Source: Eledone cirrhosa (lineage: Eukaryota). Taken from it: a stretch of 64,000 nt of DNA. Below the pieces are notes generated by a model. The model was not told the DNA's origin and did not search any database. It worked only from the letters and a program-made list of their open reading frames with translations. The translations under genes and the position numbers were made by a program. The stretch spans positions 257,672,001 to 257,736,000 of the forward strand of contig OZ024741.1 of NCBI GenBank assembly GCA_964016885.1. Direction: 5' to 3'. This document shows, piece after piece, positions 15,001-30,000 of this stretch (position 1 is the first letter of the stretch; every line of letters begins with the position of its first letter).

Positions 15001-18000
15001 CCCACCGAGGAAGTCTACCTTGCCTCTGTCAACACCATCCTCTACCCCACCGAGGAAGTCTACTTACCTCTGGTGACACTATCCTCTACCCCGCCGAGGA
15101 AGTCTACCTTGCCTCTGACAAAACCATCCTCTACCCCACCGTGGAAGTCTATCTTGCCTCTGACAACACCATCCTCTACCCCACCGAGGAAGTTTACCTT
15201 ACCTCTGTCAACACCATCCTCTACCCCATCGAGGAAGACTACCTTGCCTCTGGTGACACCATCCTCTAGCCCACCGAGGAATTCTACCTTGCCTCTGGTG
15301 TCACCATCCTCTAACCCACCGAGGAAGTCTACCTTGCCTCAATCAACACCATCCTCTAGCCCAGCGAGTAAATCTACCTTGCCTCTGTCAACACCATCCT
15401 CTATCTCACCGAGGAAGTCTACCTTGCCTCTGTCAACACGATCCTCTACCTCACTGACGAAGTCTACCTTGCCTCTGTCAACACCATCCTCTACCCCACC
15501 GTGGAAGTCTACCTTGCCTCTGTCAACACGATCCTCTACCTCACCGACGAAGTCTACCTTGCCTCTGATGACACCATCCTCTAGCCCAGCGAGTAAATCT
15601 ACCTTGCCTCTGGTGACACCATCCTCTACCCCACCGAGGAAGTCTACCTTGCCTCTGGTGAAACCATCCTCTACCCCAACTATGAAATCTACCTTGCCTC
15701 TGTCAACACGATCCTCTACCTCACCGAGGAAGTCTACCTTGCCTTTTGTGACACCATCCTCTACCCCACCGAGGAAGTCTACCTTGCCTCTGTCAACACC
15801 ATCCTCTACCCCTACCGAGGAAGTCTAGATTGCCTCTGATGACACCATCCTCTACCTCACCAAGGAAGTCTACCTTGCCTCTGATGACACCATCCCCTAC
15901 CCCACCGAGTAAATCTACCTTGCCTCTGTCAACACTATCCTCTACCCCACCGAGGAAGTCTACCTTGCCTCTGATGACACCATACTCTACCCCACCGAGG
16001 ATGTCTACCTTGCCTCTACCAACACCATCCTCTACATCACCGAGGAAGTCTACCTTGCCACTGACAACACCATCCTCTACCCCACCTAGGAAGTCTACCT
16101 TGCTTCTGTCAAGACCATCCTCTACCCCACCGAGGAAGTCTAACTTGCCTCTGGTGACACCATCCTCTACCCCACCTATGAAGTCTACCTTGCCTCTGAT
16201 GACACCATACTCTACCCCACCGAGGATGTCTACCTTGCCTCTACCAACACCATCCTCTACATCACCGAGGAAGTCTACCTTGCCTCTGACAACACCATCC
16301 TCTACCCCACCTAGGAAGTCTACCTTTCTTCTGTCAACACCATCCTCTACCCCACCGAGGAAGTCTACCTTGCCTCTAACAACACCATCCTCTACCCCAC
16401 CGAGGAAGTCTACGTTGCCTCTGTCAACACCATCCTCTACCCCATCGAGGAAGTCTACCTTGCCTCTGGTGACACCATCCTCTAGCCCACCGAGGAAGTC
16501 TACCTTGCGTCCTGTGTAAACCATCCTCTACCTCACCGAGGAAGTCTACCTTGCCTCTGGGGAAACCATCCTCTACCCCACCTATGAAATCTACCTTGCC
16601 TCTGTCAACACGATCCTCTACCTCAACGAGGAAGTCTACCTTGCCTTTGGTGACACCTTCCTCTACCCCACCGAGGAAGTCTACCTTGCCTCTGGTGACA
16701 CCATCCGCTACCCCACCAAGGAAGTCTAGCTTGCCTCTGATGACACCATCCTCTACCTCACCGAGGAAGTCTACCTTGCCTCTGATGACACCATCCCCTA
16801 CCCCACCGAGTAAATCTACCATGCCTCTACTAACACCATCCTCTACATCACCGAGGAAGTCTACCTTGCCTCTGACAACACCATCCTCTACCCCACCTAG
16901 GAAGTCTACCTTGCTTCTGTCAACACCATCCTCTACCCCACCGAGGAAGTCTAACTTGCCTCTGGTGACACCTTCCTCTACCCCACATATGAAGTCTACC
17001 TTGCCTCTGTCAACACTATCCTCTACCCCACCGAGGAAGTCTACCTTGCCTCTGATGACACCATCCTCTACCCCACCAAGGAAGTCTACCTTGCCTCTAC
17101 TAACACCATCCTCTACATCACCGAGGAAGTCTACCTTGCCTCTGTCAAGACCATCCTCTACCCCACCGAGGAAGTCTAACTTGCCTCTGGTGACACCATC
17201 CTCTACCCCACCGAGGAAGTCTACCTTGCCTCTGTCAACACAATCCTCTAGCCCACCGAGGAAGTCTACCTTGCCTCTGTCAACACCATCCTCTACCCCA
17301 CCGAGGAAGTCTAGCTTGCCTCTCTCATCACCATCCTCTACCCCACCGAGGAAGTCTAACTTCCCTCTGGTGACACCATCATCTACCCCACCGAGAAAGT
17401 CTACCTTGCCCCTGTCAACACCATCCTCTACCCCACCGAGAAAGTTTACCTTGCCTCTGGTGACACCATCCTCTACCCCACCGAGGAAGTCTAACTTGCC
17501 TCTGTCAACACCATCATCCACACCACCGAGGAAGTCTACCTTGCCAATGGTGCCACCATCCCCTACCCCACCGAGTAAATCTACCATGCCTCTACTAACA
17601 CCATCCTCTACATCACCGAGGAAGTCTACCTTGCCTCTAACAACACCATCCTCTACCCCACCGAGGATGTCAACCTAGCCTCTGTCAACACCATCCTCTA
17701 CCCCACCGAGGAAGTCTACCTTGCCTCTGGCAACACCATCCTCTACCCCACCGAGGAAGTCTACCTTGCCTCTGTTAACACCATCCTCTACCCCACCGAG
17801 GAAGTCTACCTTGCCTCTAACAACACCATCCTCTACCCCACCGAGGATGTCAACCTTGCCTCTGTCAACACCATCCTCTGCCCCACCGAGGAAGTCTATC
17901 TTGCCTCTGACAATACCATCCTCTACCCAACCGAGGAAGTCTACCTTGCCTCTGTCAACACCATCCACTACCCCATCGAGGAAGTCTACCTTGCCTCTGG

Positions 18001-21000
18001 TGACACCATCCTCTACCCCACCGAGGATGTCTACCTTGCCTCTGTCAACACCATCCTCTACCCCACCGAGGAAGTCTACCTTGCCTCGGTCAACACCATC
18101 CTCTAGCCCACCGAGGAAGTCTACCTTGCCTCTGGTGTCACCATCCTCTACCTCACCGAGGAAGTCTACCTTGCCTCTGTCAACACCATCCTCTACCCCA
18201 CCGAGGAAGTCTACCTTGCCTCTGTGAACACGATCCTCTACCTCACCGACGAAGTCTACCTTGCCTCTGTCAACACCATCCTCTACCCCACCGAGGAAGT
18301 CTACCTTGCCTCTGATGACACCATCCTCTACCCCACCGAGGATGTCTACCTTGCCTCACTCAACACCATCCTCTACCCGACCGAGGTAGTCTACCTTGCC
18401 TCTGTCGACACCATCCTCTACCCCACCGAGGAAGTCTACATTGCCTCTGGTGACACCATCCTCTACCCCACCGAGGAAGTCTACCTTACCTCTGGTGACA
18501 CCATCCTCTACACCACTGAGGAAGTCTACCTTGCCTCTAACAACACCATCCCCTACCCCACCGAGGAAGTCTACCTTGCTTCTGTCAACACTATCCTCTA
18601 CCCCACCGAGGAAGTCTACCTTGCCTCTGATGACACCATCCTCTACCCCACCGAGGAAGTCTACCTTGCCTCTGACAACACCATCCTCTACCCCACCTAG
18701 GAAGTCTACCTTGTGTCTGTCAACACCATCCTCTACCCCACCGAGGAAGTCTAACTTGCCTCTGGTGACACCATCCTCTACCCCAGCGAGGAAGTTTACC
18801 TGGCCTCAGGTGACACCATCCTCTTCCCCAACTAGGAAGTCTACCTTGCTTCTGTCAACACCATCCTCTACCCCACCGAGGAAGTCTAGCTTGCCTCTCT
18901 CATCATCATCCTCTACCCCACCGAGGAAGTCTAACTTGCCTCTTGTGATACCATCCTCTACCCCACCAGGAAGTCTACCTTGCCCCTGTCAACACCATCC
19001 TCTACCCCAGCGAGGAAGTTTACCTGGCCTCAGGTGACACCATCCTCTTCCCCAACTAGGAAGTCTACCTTGCTTCTGTCAACACCATCCTCTACCCCAC
19101 CGAGGAAGTCTACCTTGCCTCTGGTGACACCATCCTCTACCCCACCGAGGGAGTCTACCTTGCCTCTGGTGACACCACCCTCTACCCCACCGAGGAAGTC
19201 TAGCTTGCCTCTGATGACACCATCCTCTACCCCACTGAGGAAGTCTACCTTGCCTCTGTCAACACGATCCTCTACCTCACCGACGAAGTCTACCTTGCCT
19301 CTGATGACACCATCCTCTAGCCCAGCGAGTAAATCTACCTTGCCTCTGGTGACACCATCCTCTACCCCACGGACGAAGTCTACCTTGCCTCTGGTGAAAC
19401 CATCCTCTACCCCAACTATGAAATCTACCTTGCCTCTGTCAACACGATCCTCTACCTCACCGAGGAAGTCTACCTTGCCTTTGGTGACACCATCCTCTAC
19501 CCCACCGAGGAAGTCTACCTTGCCTCTGTCAACACCATCCTCTACCCCACCGAGGAAGTCTACCTTGCCTCTGATGACACCATCCTCTACCTGACCAAGG
19601 AAGTCTACCTTGCCTCTGATGACACCATCCCCTACCCCACCGAGTAAATCAACCTTGCCTCTGTCAACACTATCCTCTACCCCACCGAGGAAGTCTACTT
19701 TGCCTCTGATGACACCATACTCTACCCCACCGAGGATGTCTACCTTGCCTCTACCAACACCATCCTCTACATCACCGAGGACGTCTACCTTGCCACTGAC
19801 AACACCATCCTCTACCCACCTAGGAAGTCTACCTTGCTTCTGTCAACACCATCCTCTACCCCACCGAGGAAGTCTAACTTGCCTCTGGTGACACCATCCT
19901 CTACCCCACCTATGAAGTCTACCTTGCCTCTGATGACACCATACTCTACCCCACCAAGGATGTCTACCTTGCCTCTACCAACACCATCCTCTACATCACC
20001 GAGGAAGTCTACCTTGCCTCTGACAACACCATCCTCTACCCCACCTAGGAAGTCTACCTTTCTTCTGTCAACACCATCCTCTACCCCACCGAGGAAGTCT
20101 ACCTTGCCTCTAACAACACCATCCTCTACCCCACCGAGGAAGTCTACCTTGCCTCTGTCAACACCATCCTCTACCCCATCGAGGAAGTCTACCTTGCCTC
20201 TGGTGACACCATCCTCTAGCCCACCGAGGAAGTCTACCTTGCGTCCTGTGTCACCATCCTCTACCTCACCGAGGAAGTCTACCTTGCCTCTGTGGAAACC
20301 ATCCTCTACCCCACCTATGAAATCTACCTTGCCTCTGTCAACACGATCCTCTACCTCAACGAGGAAGTCTACCTTGCCTTTGGTGACACTTTCCTCTACC
20401 CCACCGAGGAAGTCTACCTTGCCTCTCTCATCACCATCCTCTACCCCACCGAGGAAGTCTAACTTCCCTCTGGTGACACCATCTTCTACCCCACCGAGAA
20501 AGTCTACTTTGCCCCTGTCAACACCATCCTCTTCCCCACCGAGAAAGTTTACCTTGCCTCTGGTGACACCATCCTCTACCCCACCGAGGAAGTCTAACTT
20601 GCCTCTATCAATACCATCATCCACGCCACCGAGGAAGTCTACCTTGCCAATGGTGCCACCATCCCCTACCCCACCGAGGAAGTCTACCTTGCCTCTGTCA
20701 ACACCATCCTCTACCCCACCGAGGAAGTCTACCTTGCCTCTGACAGCAACATCCTCTATCCCACCGAGGAAGTCTACCTTACCTCTGTCAATACCATCAT
20801 CCACACCACCGAGGAAGTCTACCTTGATTCTCTCAACACCTTCCTCTACCCCACCCACGAAGTCTACCTTGCCTCTGATGGCAGCATCCTCTACCCCACC
20901 CAGGAAGTCTACCTTGCCTCTGTAACACCATCCTCTATCCCACCCACGATGTCTACCTTGCCTCTAATGACAGCATCCTCTACCCCAAAGAGAAAGTCTA

Positions 21001-24000
21001 CCTTGCCTCTGTCAACACCATCCTCTACCCCACCGAGGAAGTTTACCTTGCCTCTGTAACACCATCCTCTACCCCACGGAGGAAGTCTACCTTGCCTCTG
21101 TTAACATCATCCTCTATCCCACCCACGATGTCTACCTTGCCTCTAATGACAGCATCCTCTACCCCAAAGAGAAAGTCTACCTTGCCTCTGTCAACACCAT
21201 CCTCTACCCCACCGAGGAAGTCTTCCTTGCCTCTGTCAACACCATCCTCTACCCCACCGAGGAAGTCTACCTTGCCTCTGGTTAAACCATCCTCTACCCC
21301 ACCGAAGGAAGTCTACCTTGCCTCTGGTGACACCATCCTCTACCCCACCGAGGAAGTCTACCTTGCCTCTGATGACACCATCCTCTACCCCACCGAGGAA
21401 GTCTACCTTGCCTCTGATGACACCATCCTCTACCCCACCGAGGAAGTCTACCTTGCCTCTGGTGACACCATCCTCTAGCCCACCGAGGAAGTCTACCTTG
21501 CCTCTAGTGTCACCATCCTCTACCTCACCGAGGAAGTCTACCTAGCCTCTGTCAACACCATCCTCTACCCCACCGAGGAAGTCTACCTTGCCTCTGATGA
21601 CACCATCCTCTACCCCACCGAGGACGTCTACCTTGCCTCAATCAACACCATCCTCTACCCCACCGAGGTAGTCTACCTTGCCTCTGGTGACACCATCCTC
21701 TACCCCACTTATGAAGTCTACCTTGCCTCTGAAAACACCATCCTCTAGCCCACCGAGGAAGTCTACCTTGCCTCTGTCAACACCATCCTCTACCCCACCG
21801 AGGAAGTCTAGCTTGCCTCTCTCATCATCATCCTCTACCCCACCGCGGAAGTCTAACTTGCCTCTTGTGATACCATCCTCTACCCCACCGAGGAAGTCTA
21901 CCTTGCCCCTGTCAACACCATCATCTACCCCACCGAGGAAGTTTACCTTGCCTCTGGTGACACCATCCTCTACCCCACCAAGGAAGTCTACCTTGCCTCT
22001 GATGACACCATCCTCTACCCCACCGAGGAAGTCTACCTTGCCTCTCTTAACACCATCCTCTACCCCACCAAGGAAGTCTACCTTGCCTCTGATGACATCA
22101 TCTTCTACCCCACCGAAGAAGTCTACCTTGCCTCTTTTAAAACCATCCTCTACCCCGCCATGGAAGTCTACTTTGCCTCTCACATCACCATCCTCTACCC
22201 ACCGAGGAATCTACCTTTCCTCTGTCAATAACATCCTCTACCCCACTGAGGAAGTCTACTTGCCTCTTGTGACACTATCCTCTACCCCACCGAGGAAGTC
22301 TACCTTGCCTCTGTCAACACCATCCTCTACCCCACCAAGGAAGTCTACTTACCTCTGGTGACACTATCCTCTACCCCGCCGAGGAAGTCTACCTTGCCTC
22401 TGACAACACCATCCTCTACCCCACCGTGGAAGTCTATCTTGCCTCTGACAACACCATCCTCTACCCCACGGAGGAAGTCTACCTTGCCTCTGTCAACACG
22501 ATCTTCTAACCCACCGAGGAAGTCTACCTTGCCTCTCTTAATACCATCCTCTACCCCACCGAGGAAGTCTACCTTGCCTCTGACAACACCATCCTCTACC
22601 TTACCGAAGAAGTTACCTTGCCTCTGTCAACACCATCCTCTACCCCACCGAGGAAGTCTACCTTGCCTCCATCAAAACCATCCTCTACCCCACTGAGGAA
22701 GTCTACCTTGCCTCTGACAACACCATCCTGTACCTCACCGAGGAAGTCTACCTTTCCTCTGTCAACAGCTACCACTAACTCACCGAGGAAGTCTAACTTG
22801 CCTCTGTCAACACCATCCTCTACCCTGCCGAGGAAGTCTACCTTGCCTCTGGTGAAAACATCCTCTACCCCACCGAGGAAGTCTACCTTGCCTCTGACAA
22901 CACCATCCTCTACCCCACCGAGGAAGTCAACCTTGCCTCTGTCAACACCATCCTCTACCCTGCCGAGGAAGTCTACCTTGCCTCTGGTGAAAACATCCTC
23001 TACCCCACCGAAGAAGACTACCTTGCCTCTGTCAACACCATCCTCTACCCCACCGAGGAAGTCTACCTTGCCTCTGTCAACACCATCCTCTACCCCACCG
23101 AGGAAGTCTACCTTGCCTCTGGTTAAACCATCCTCTACCCCACCGAAGGAAGTCTACCTTGCCTCTGGTGACACCATCCTCTACCCCACCGAGGAAGTCT
23201 ACCTTGCCTCTGATGACACCATCCTCTACCCCACCGAGGAAGTCTACCTTGCCTCTGATGACACCATCCTCTACCCCACCGAGGAAGTCTACCTTGCCTC
23301 TGACAACACCATCCTCTACCCCACCGAGGAAGTCTACCTTGGCTCTGGTGACACGATCCTCTACCTCACCGAGGAAGACTAACTTGCCTGTGACAACACC
23401 ATCATCTACCCCACCAAGGAAGTCTACCTTGCCTCTGACAACACCATCCTCTACCCCACTGAGGAAGTCTACCTTGCCTCTGGTGACACGATCCTCTACC
23501 TCACCGAGGAAGACTAACTTGCCTGTGACAACACCATCATCTACCCCACCGAAGAAGACTACCTTGCCTCTGTCAACACCATCCTCTACTCCACCGAGGA
23601 TATATACCTTGCCTCTGTCAACACCATCCTCTACCCCACCAAGGAAATCTACCTTGCCTCTGGTTAAAACATCCTCTACCCCACTGAGGAAGTCTACTTT
23701 GCCTCTGGTGACACCATCCTCTACCCCACCGAAGAAGTCTACCTTGCCTCTGTCAACACCATCCTCTACCCCACCGAGGAAGTCTACCTTGCCTCTGTCA
23801 ACACCATCCTCTACCCCACCGAGGAAGTCTACCTGGCCTCTGACAACACCATCCTCTACCCCACCGAGGAAGTCTACCTTGCCTCTGTCAACATCATCCT
23901 CTACCTCACTGAGGAAGTCTACCTAGCCTCTGACAACACAATCCTCTACCTCACCGAGGAAGTCTACCTTGCCTCTGACAACACCATCCTCTACCCCACC

Positions 24001-27000
24001 GAGGAAGTCTACCTTGCCTCTGACAACACCATACTCTACCTCACCGAGGAAGTCTACCTTGCCTCAGTCAACACCATCCTCTACCCCACCGAGGAAGACT
24101 ACATTGCCTCTGACATCACCATCCTCTACCCCACCGAGGAAGTCTACCTTGCCTCTGACAACACCATCCTCTACCCCACCGAGGAAGTCTACCTTGCCTC
24201 TGACAACACCATCCTCTACCCCACCGAGGAAGTCTACCTTGCCTCTGTCAACACCATCCTCTACCTTACCGAAGAAGTTACCTTGCCTCTGTCAACACCA
24301 TCTTCTACCCCACCGAGGAAGTCTAACTTGCCTCAATCAAAACCATCCTCTACCCCACCAAGGAAGTCTACCTTGCCTCTGACAACAACATTCTCGACCT
24401 CACCGAGGAAGTCTACTATGCCTCTGACAACACCATCCTCTACCCCACCGAGGAAGTCTACCTTGCCTCAGACAACACCATCCTCTACCCCACCGAGAAA
24501 GTCTACCTTGCCTCTGTCAACACCATCCTCTACCCCACCAAGGAAGTCTACTTTGCCTCAGACAACACCATCCTGTACCTCACCGAGGAAGTCTACCTTG
24601 CCTCTGTCAACACCATCCTCTACCCCACCGAGGAAGTCTACCTTGCCTCAGACAACACCATCCTGTACCTCACCGAGGAAGTCTACCTTGCCTCTGTCAA
24701 CACCATCCTCTACCCCACCGAGGAAGTCTACCTTGCCTCTGACAACACCATCCTCTGCCCCACCGAGGAAGTCTACCTTGCCTCAGACAACACCATCCTC
24801 TACCCCACCGAGAAAGTCTACCTTGCCTCAGTCAACACCAACCTCTACCCCACCATGGAAGTCTACCTTGCCTCAGACAACACCATCCTCTACCCCACCG
24901 AGGAAGTCTACCTGGCCTCTGTCAACACCATCCTCTACCTCACCGATGAAGTCTACCTTGCCTCTGTCAACACCATCCTCTACCTCACCGAGGAAGTCTA
25001 CCTTGCCTCTGACAACACCATCCTCTACCCCACCGAGGAAGTCTACCTTGCCTCTGGTGAAAACATCCTCTACCACACCGAGGAAGTCTACCTTGCCTCT
25101 GTCAACACCATCCTCTACCCCACCGAGGAAGTCTACCTTGCCTCTGTCAACACCATCCTCTACCTCACCGAGGAAGTCTACCTAGCCTCTGACAACACCA
25201 TCCTCTACCCCACCGAGGAAGTCTACCTTGCCTCTGACAACACCATACTCTACTCCACCGAGGAAGTCTACCTTGCCTCTTGCAACACCATCCTCTATCT
25301 CACCGAGGAAGTCTACCATGCCTCTGACAACACCATCCTCTACCCCACTGAGGAAGTCTACCTTGCCTCAGACAACACCATCCTGTACCTCACCGAGGAA
25401 GTCTACCTTGCCTCTGTCAACACCATCCTCTACCCCACCGAGGAAGTCTACCTTGCCTCTGACAACACCATCCTCTACCCCACCGAGAAAGTCTACCTTG
25501 CCTCTGTCAACACCATCCTCTACCTCACCGAGGAAGTCTAGCTTGCCTCTGTCAACACCATCCTCTACCTCACCAAGGAAGTCTACTTTGACTCTGGTGA
25601 CACCATCCTCTACCCTGCCGAGGAAGTCTACCTTGCCTCTGTCAACACCATCCTCTACCTCACCGAGGAAGTCTACCTAGCCTCTGACAACACCATCCTC
25701 TACCCCACCGAGGAAGTCTACCTTGCCTCTGACAACACCATACTCTACCCCACCGAGGAAGTCTACCTTGCCTCTGTCAACACCATCCTCTATCTCACCG
25801 AGGAAGTCTACCATGCCTCTGACAACACCATCCTCTACCACACCGAGGAAGTCTACCTTGCCTCTGTCAACACCATCCTCTACCCCACCGAGGAAGTCTA
25901 CCTTGCCTCTGTCAACACCATCCTCTACCCCACCGAGGAAGTCTACCTTGCCTCTGACAACACCATACTCTACCCCACCGAGGAAGTCTACCTTGCCTCT
26001 GTCAACACCATCCTCTACCCAACCGAGGAAGTCTACCTTGCCGCTGTCAACACCATCTTCTACCTCACCTAGGAAGTCTACCTTGCCTCTGTCAACACCA
26101 TCCTCTACCCCACCGAGGAAGTCTACCTTGCCTCTGTCAACACGATCCTCTACCCCACCGAGGAAGTCTACCTTGCCTCTGTCAACACCATCCTCTACCC
26201 CACCGAGGAAGTCTACCTTGGCTCTGTCAACACCATCCTCTACCCCACCGAGGAAGTCTACCTTGCCTCTGTCAACACGATCCTCTACCCCACCGAGGAA
26301 GTCTACCTTGCCTCTGTCAACACCATCCTCTACCCCACCGAGGAAGTCTACCTTGCCTCTGTCAACACCATCCTCTACCTCATCGAGGAAGTCTACCTAG
26401 CCTCTGACAACACCATCCTCTACCCCACCGAGGAAGTCTACCTTGCCTCAGACAACACCATACTCTAGCTCACCGAGGAAGTCTACCTTGCCTCTGACAT
26501 CACCATCCTCTACCCCACCGAGGAAGTCTACCTTGCCTCTGTCAACACCATCCTCTACCTCACCGAGGAAGTCTACCTAGCCTCTGACAACACCATCCTC
26601 TACCCCACCGAGGAAGTCTACCTTGCCTCTGACAACACCATACTCTACCCCGCCGAGGAATTCTACCTTGCCTCAGTCAACACCATCCTCTACCCCACCG
26701 AGGAAGTCAACCTTGCCTCTGTCAACACCATCCTCTACCCCACCGAGGAAGTCTACCTTGCCTCTGACATCACCATCCTCTACCCCACCGAGGAAGTCTA
26801 CCTTGCCTCTGGTTAAACCATCCTCTACCCCAACGAGGAAGTCTACCTTGCCTCTGTCAACACCATCCTCTACCCCACCGAGGAAGTCTACATTGCCTCT
26901 GACAACACCATCCTCTACCTCACCGAGGAAGTCTACCTTGCCTCTGTCAACACCATCCTCTACCTTACCGAAGAAGTTACCTTGCCTCTGTCAACACCAT

Positions 27001-30000
27001 CTTCTACCCCACCGAGGAAGTCTACCTTGCCTCAATCAAAACCATCCTCTACCCCACCGAGGAAGTCTACTTTGCCTCTGACAACACCATTCTCGACCTC
27101 ACCGAGGAAGTCTACCTTGCCTCTGTCAAAACCATCCTCTACCACACCGAGGAAGTCTACCTTGCCTCTGTCAACACCATCCTCTACCCCACCGAGGAAG
27201 TCTACCTTGCCTCTGACAACACCATCCACTACCCCACCGAGGAAGTCTACTTTGCCTCTGTCAACACCATCCTCTACCCCACCGAGGAAGTCTACCTTGC
27301 CTCTGTCAACACCATCCTCTACCCCACCGAGGAAGTCTACCTTGCCTCTGTCAACACCATCCTCTACCTCACCGAGGAAGTCTACTTTGCCTCTGGTGAC
27401 ACCATCCTCTACCTCACCGAAGAAGACTACCTTGCCTCTGTCAACACCTTCCTCTACCCCCACCTAGGAAGTCTACCTTGCCTCTGGTTAAACCATCCTC
27501 TACCCCAACGAGGAAGTCTACCTTGCCTCTGATGACACCATCCTCTACCCCACTGAGGAAGTCAACCTTGCCTCTGATGACACCATCCTCTACCCCACCG
27601 AGGAAGTCAACCTTGCCTCTGTCAACACCATCCTCTACCCCACCGAGGAAGTCTACCTTGCCTCTGACATCACCATCCTCTACCCCACCTAGGAAGTCTA
27701 CCTTGCCTCTGACATCACCATCCTCTACAACACCGAGGAAGTCTACCTTGCCTCTGACAACACCATCCTCTACCCCACCGAGGAAGTCTACCTTGCCTCT
27801 GTCAACACCATCCTCTACCCCACCGAGGAAGTCTACCTTGCCTCTGACATCACCAACCTCTACCCCACCGAGGAAGTCTACCTTGCCTCTGACATCACCA
27901 TCCTCTACCCCACCGAGGAAGTCTACCTTGCCTCTGACAACACCATCCTCTACCCCACTGAGGAAGTCTACCTTGCCTCTGGTGATACGATCCTCTACCT
28001 CACCGAGGAAGACTAAATTGCCTGTGACAACACCATCCTCTACCCCACCGAGGAAGTCTACCTGGCCTCTGTCAACACCATCCTCTACCTCACCGAGGAA
28101 GTCTACCTTGCCTCTGACAACACCATCCTCTACCCCACCGAGGAAGTCTACCTTGCCTCTGGTGAAAACATCCTCTACCACACCGAGGAAGTCTACCTTG
28201 CCTCTGTCAACACCATCCTCTACCCCACCGAGGAAGTCTACCTTGCCTCTGTCAACACCATCCTCTACCTCACCGAGGAAGTCTACCTAGCCTCTGACAA
28301 CACCATCCTCTACCCCACCGAGGAAGTCTACCTTGCCTCTGACAACACCATACTCTACCCCACCGAGGAAGTCTACCTTGCCTCTGTCAACACCATCCTC
28401 TATCTCACCGAGGAAGTCTACCATGCCTCTGACAACACCATCCTCTACCCCACTGAGGAAGTCTACCTTGCCTCAGACAACACCATCCTGTACCTCACCG
28501 AGGAAGTCTACCTTGCCTCTGTCAACACCATCCTCTACCCCACCGAGGAAGTCTACCTTGCCTCTGACAACACCATCCTCTACCCCACCGAGAAAGTCTA
28601 CCTTGCCTCTGTCAACACCATCCTCTACCTCACCGAGGAAGTCTAGCTTGCCTCTGTCAACACCATCCTCTACCTCACCAAGGAAGTCTACTTTGACTCT
28701 GGTGACACCATCCTCTACCCTGCCGAGGAAGTCTACCTTGCCTCTGGTGAAAACATCCTCTACCACACCGAGGAAGTCTACCTTGCCTCTGTCAACACCA
28801 TCCTCTACCCCACCGAGGAAGTCTACCTTGCCTCTGTCAACACCATCCTCTACCCCACCGAGGAAGTCTACCTTGCCTCTGACAACACCATACTCTACCC
28901 CACCGAGGAAGTCTACCTTGCCTCTGTCAACACCATCCTCTACCCAACCGAGGAAGTCTACCTTGCCTCTGTCAACACCATCCTCTACCTCACCGAGGAA
29001 GTCTACCTTGCCTCTGTCAACACCATCCTCTACCCCACCGAGGAAGTCTACCTTGCCTCTGTCAACACGATCCTCTACCCCACCGAGGAAGTCTACCTTG
29101 CCTCTGTCAACACCATCCTCTACCCCACCGAGGAAGTCTACCTTGGCTCTGTCAACACCATCCTCTACCCCACCGAGGAAGTCTACCTTGCCTCTGTCAA
29201 CACGATCCTCTACCCCACCGAGGAAGTCTACCTTGCCTCTGTCAACACCATCCTCTACCCCACCGAGGAAGTCTACCTTGCCTCTGTCAACACCATCCTC
29301 TACCTCACCGAGGAAGTCTACCTAGCCTCTGACAACACCATCCTCTACCCCACCGAGGAAGTCTACCTTGCCTCTGACAACACCATACTCTAACTCACCG
29401 AGGAAGTCTACCTTGCCTCTGACATCACCATCCTCTACCCCACCGAGGAAGTCTACCTTGCCTCTGTCAACACCATCCTCTACCTCACCGAGGAAGTCTA
29501 CCTAGCCTCTGACAACACCATCCTCTAGCCCACCGAGGAAGTCTACCTTGCCTCTGACAACACCATACTCTACCCCGCCGAGGAATTCTACCTTGCCTCA
29601 GTCAACACCATCCTCTACCCCACCGAGGAAGTCAACCTTGCCTCTGTCAACACCATCCTCTACCCCACCGAGGAAGTCTACCTTGCCTCTGACATCACCA
29701 TCCTCTACCCCACCGAGGAAGTCTACCTTGCCTCTGGTTAAACCATCCTCTACCCCAACGAGGAAGTCTACCTTGCCTCTGTCTACACCATCCTCTACCC
29801 CACCGAGGAAGTCTACATTGCCTCTGACAACACCATCCTCTACCTCACCGAGGAAGTCTACCTTGCCTCTGTCAACACCATCCTCTACCTTACCGAAGAA
29901 GTTACCTTGCCTCTGTCAACACCATCTTCTACCCCACCGAGGAAGTCTACCTTGCCTCAATCAAAACCATGCTCTACCCCACCGAGGAAGTCTACTTTGC

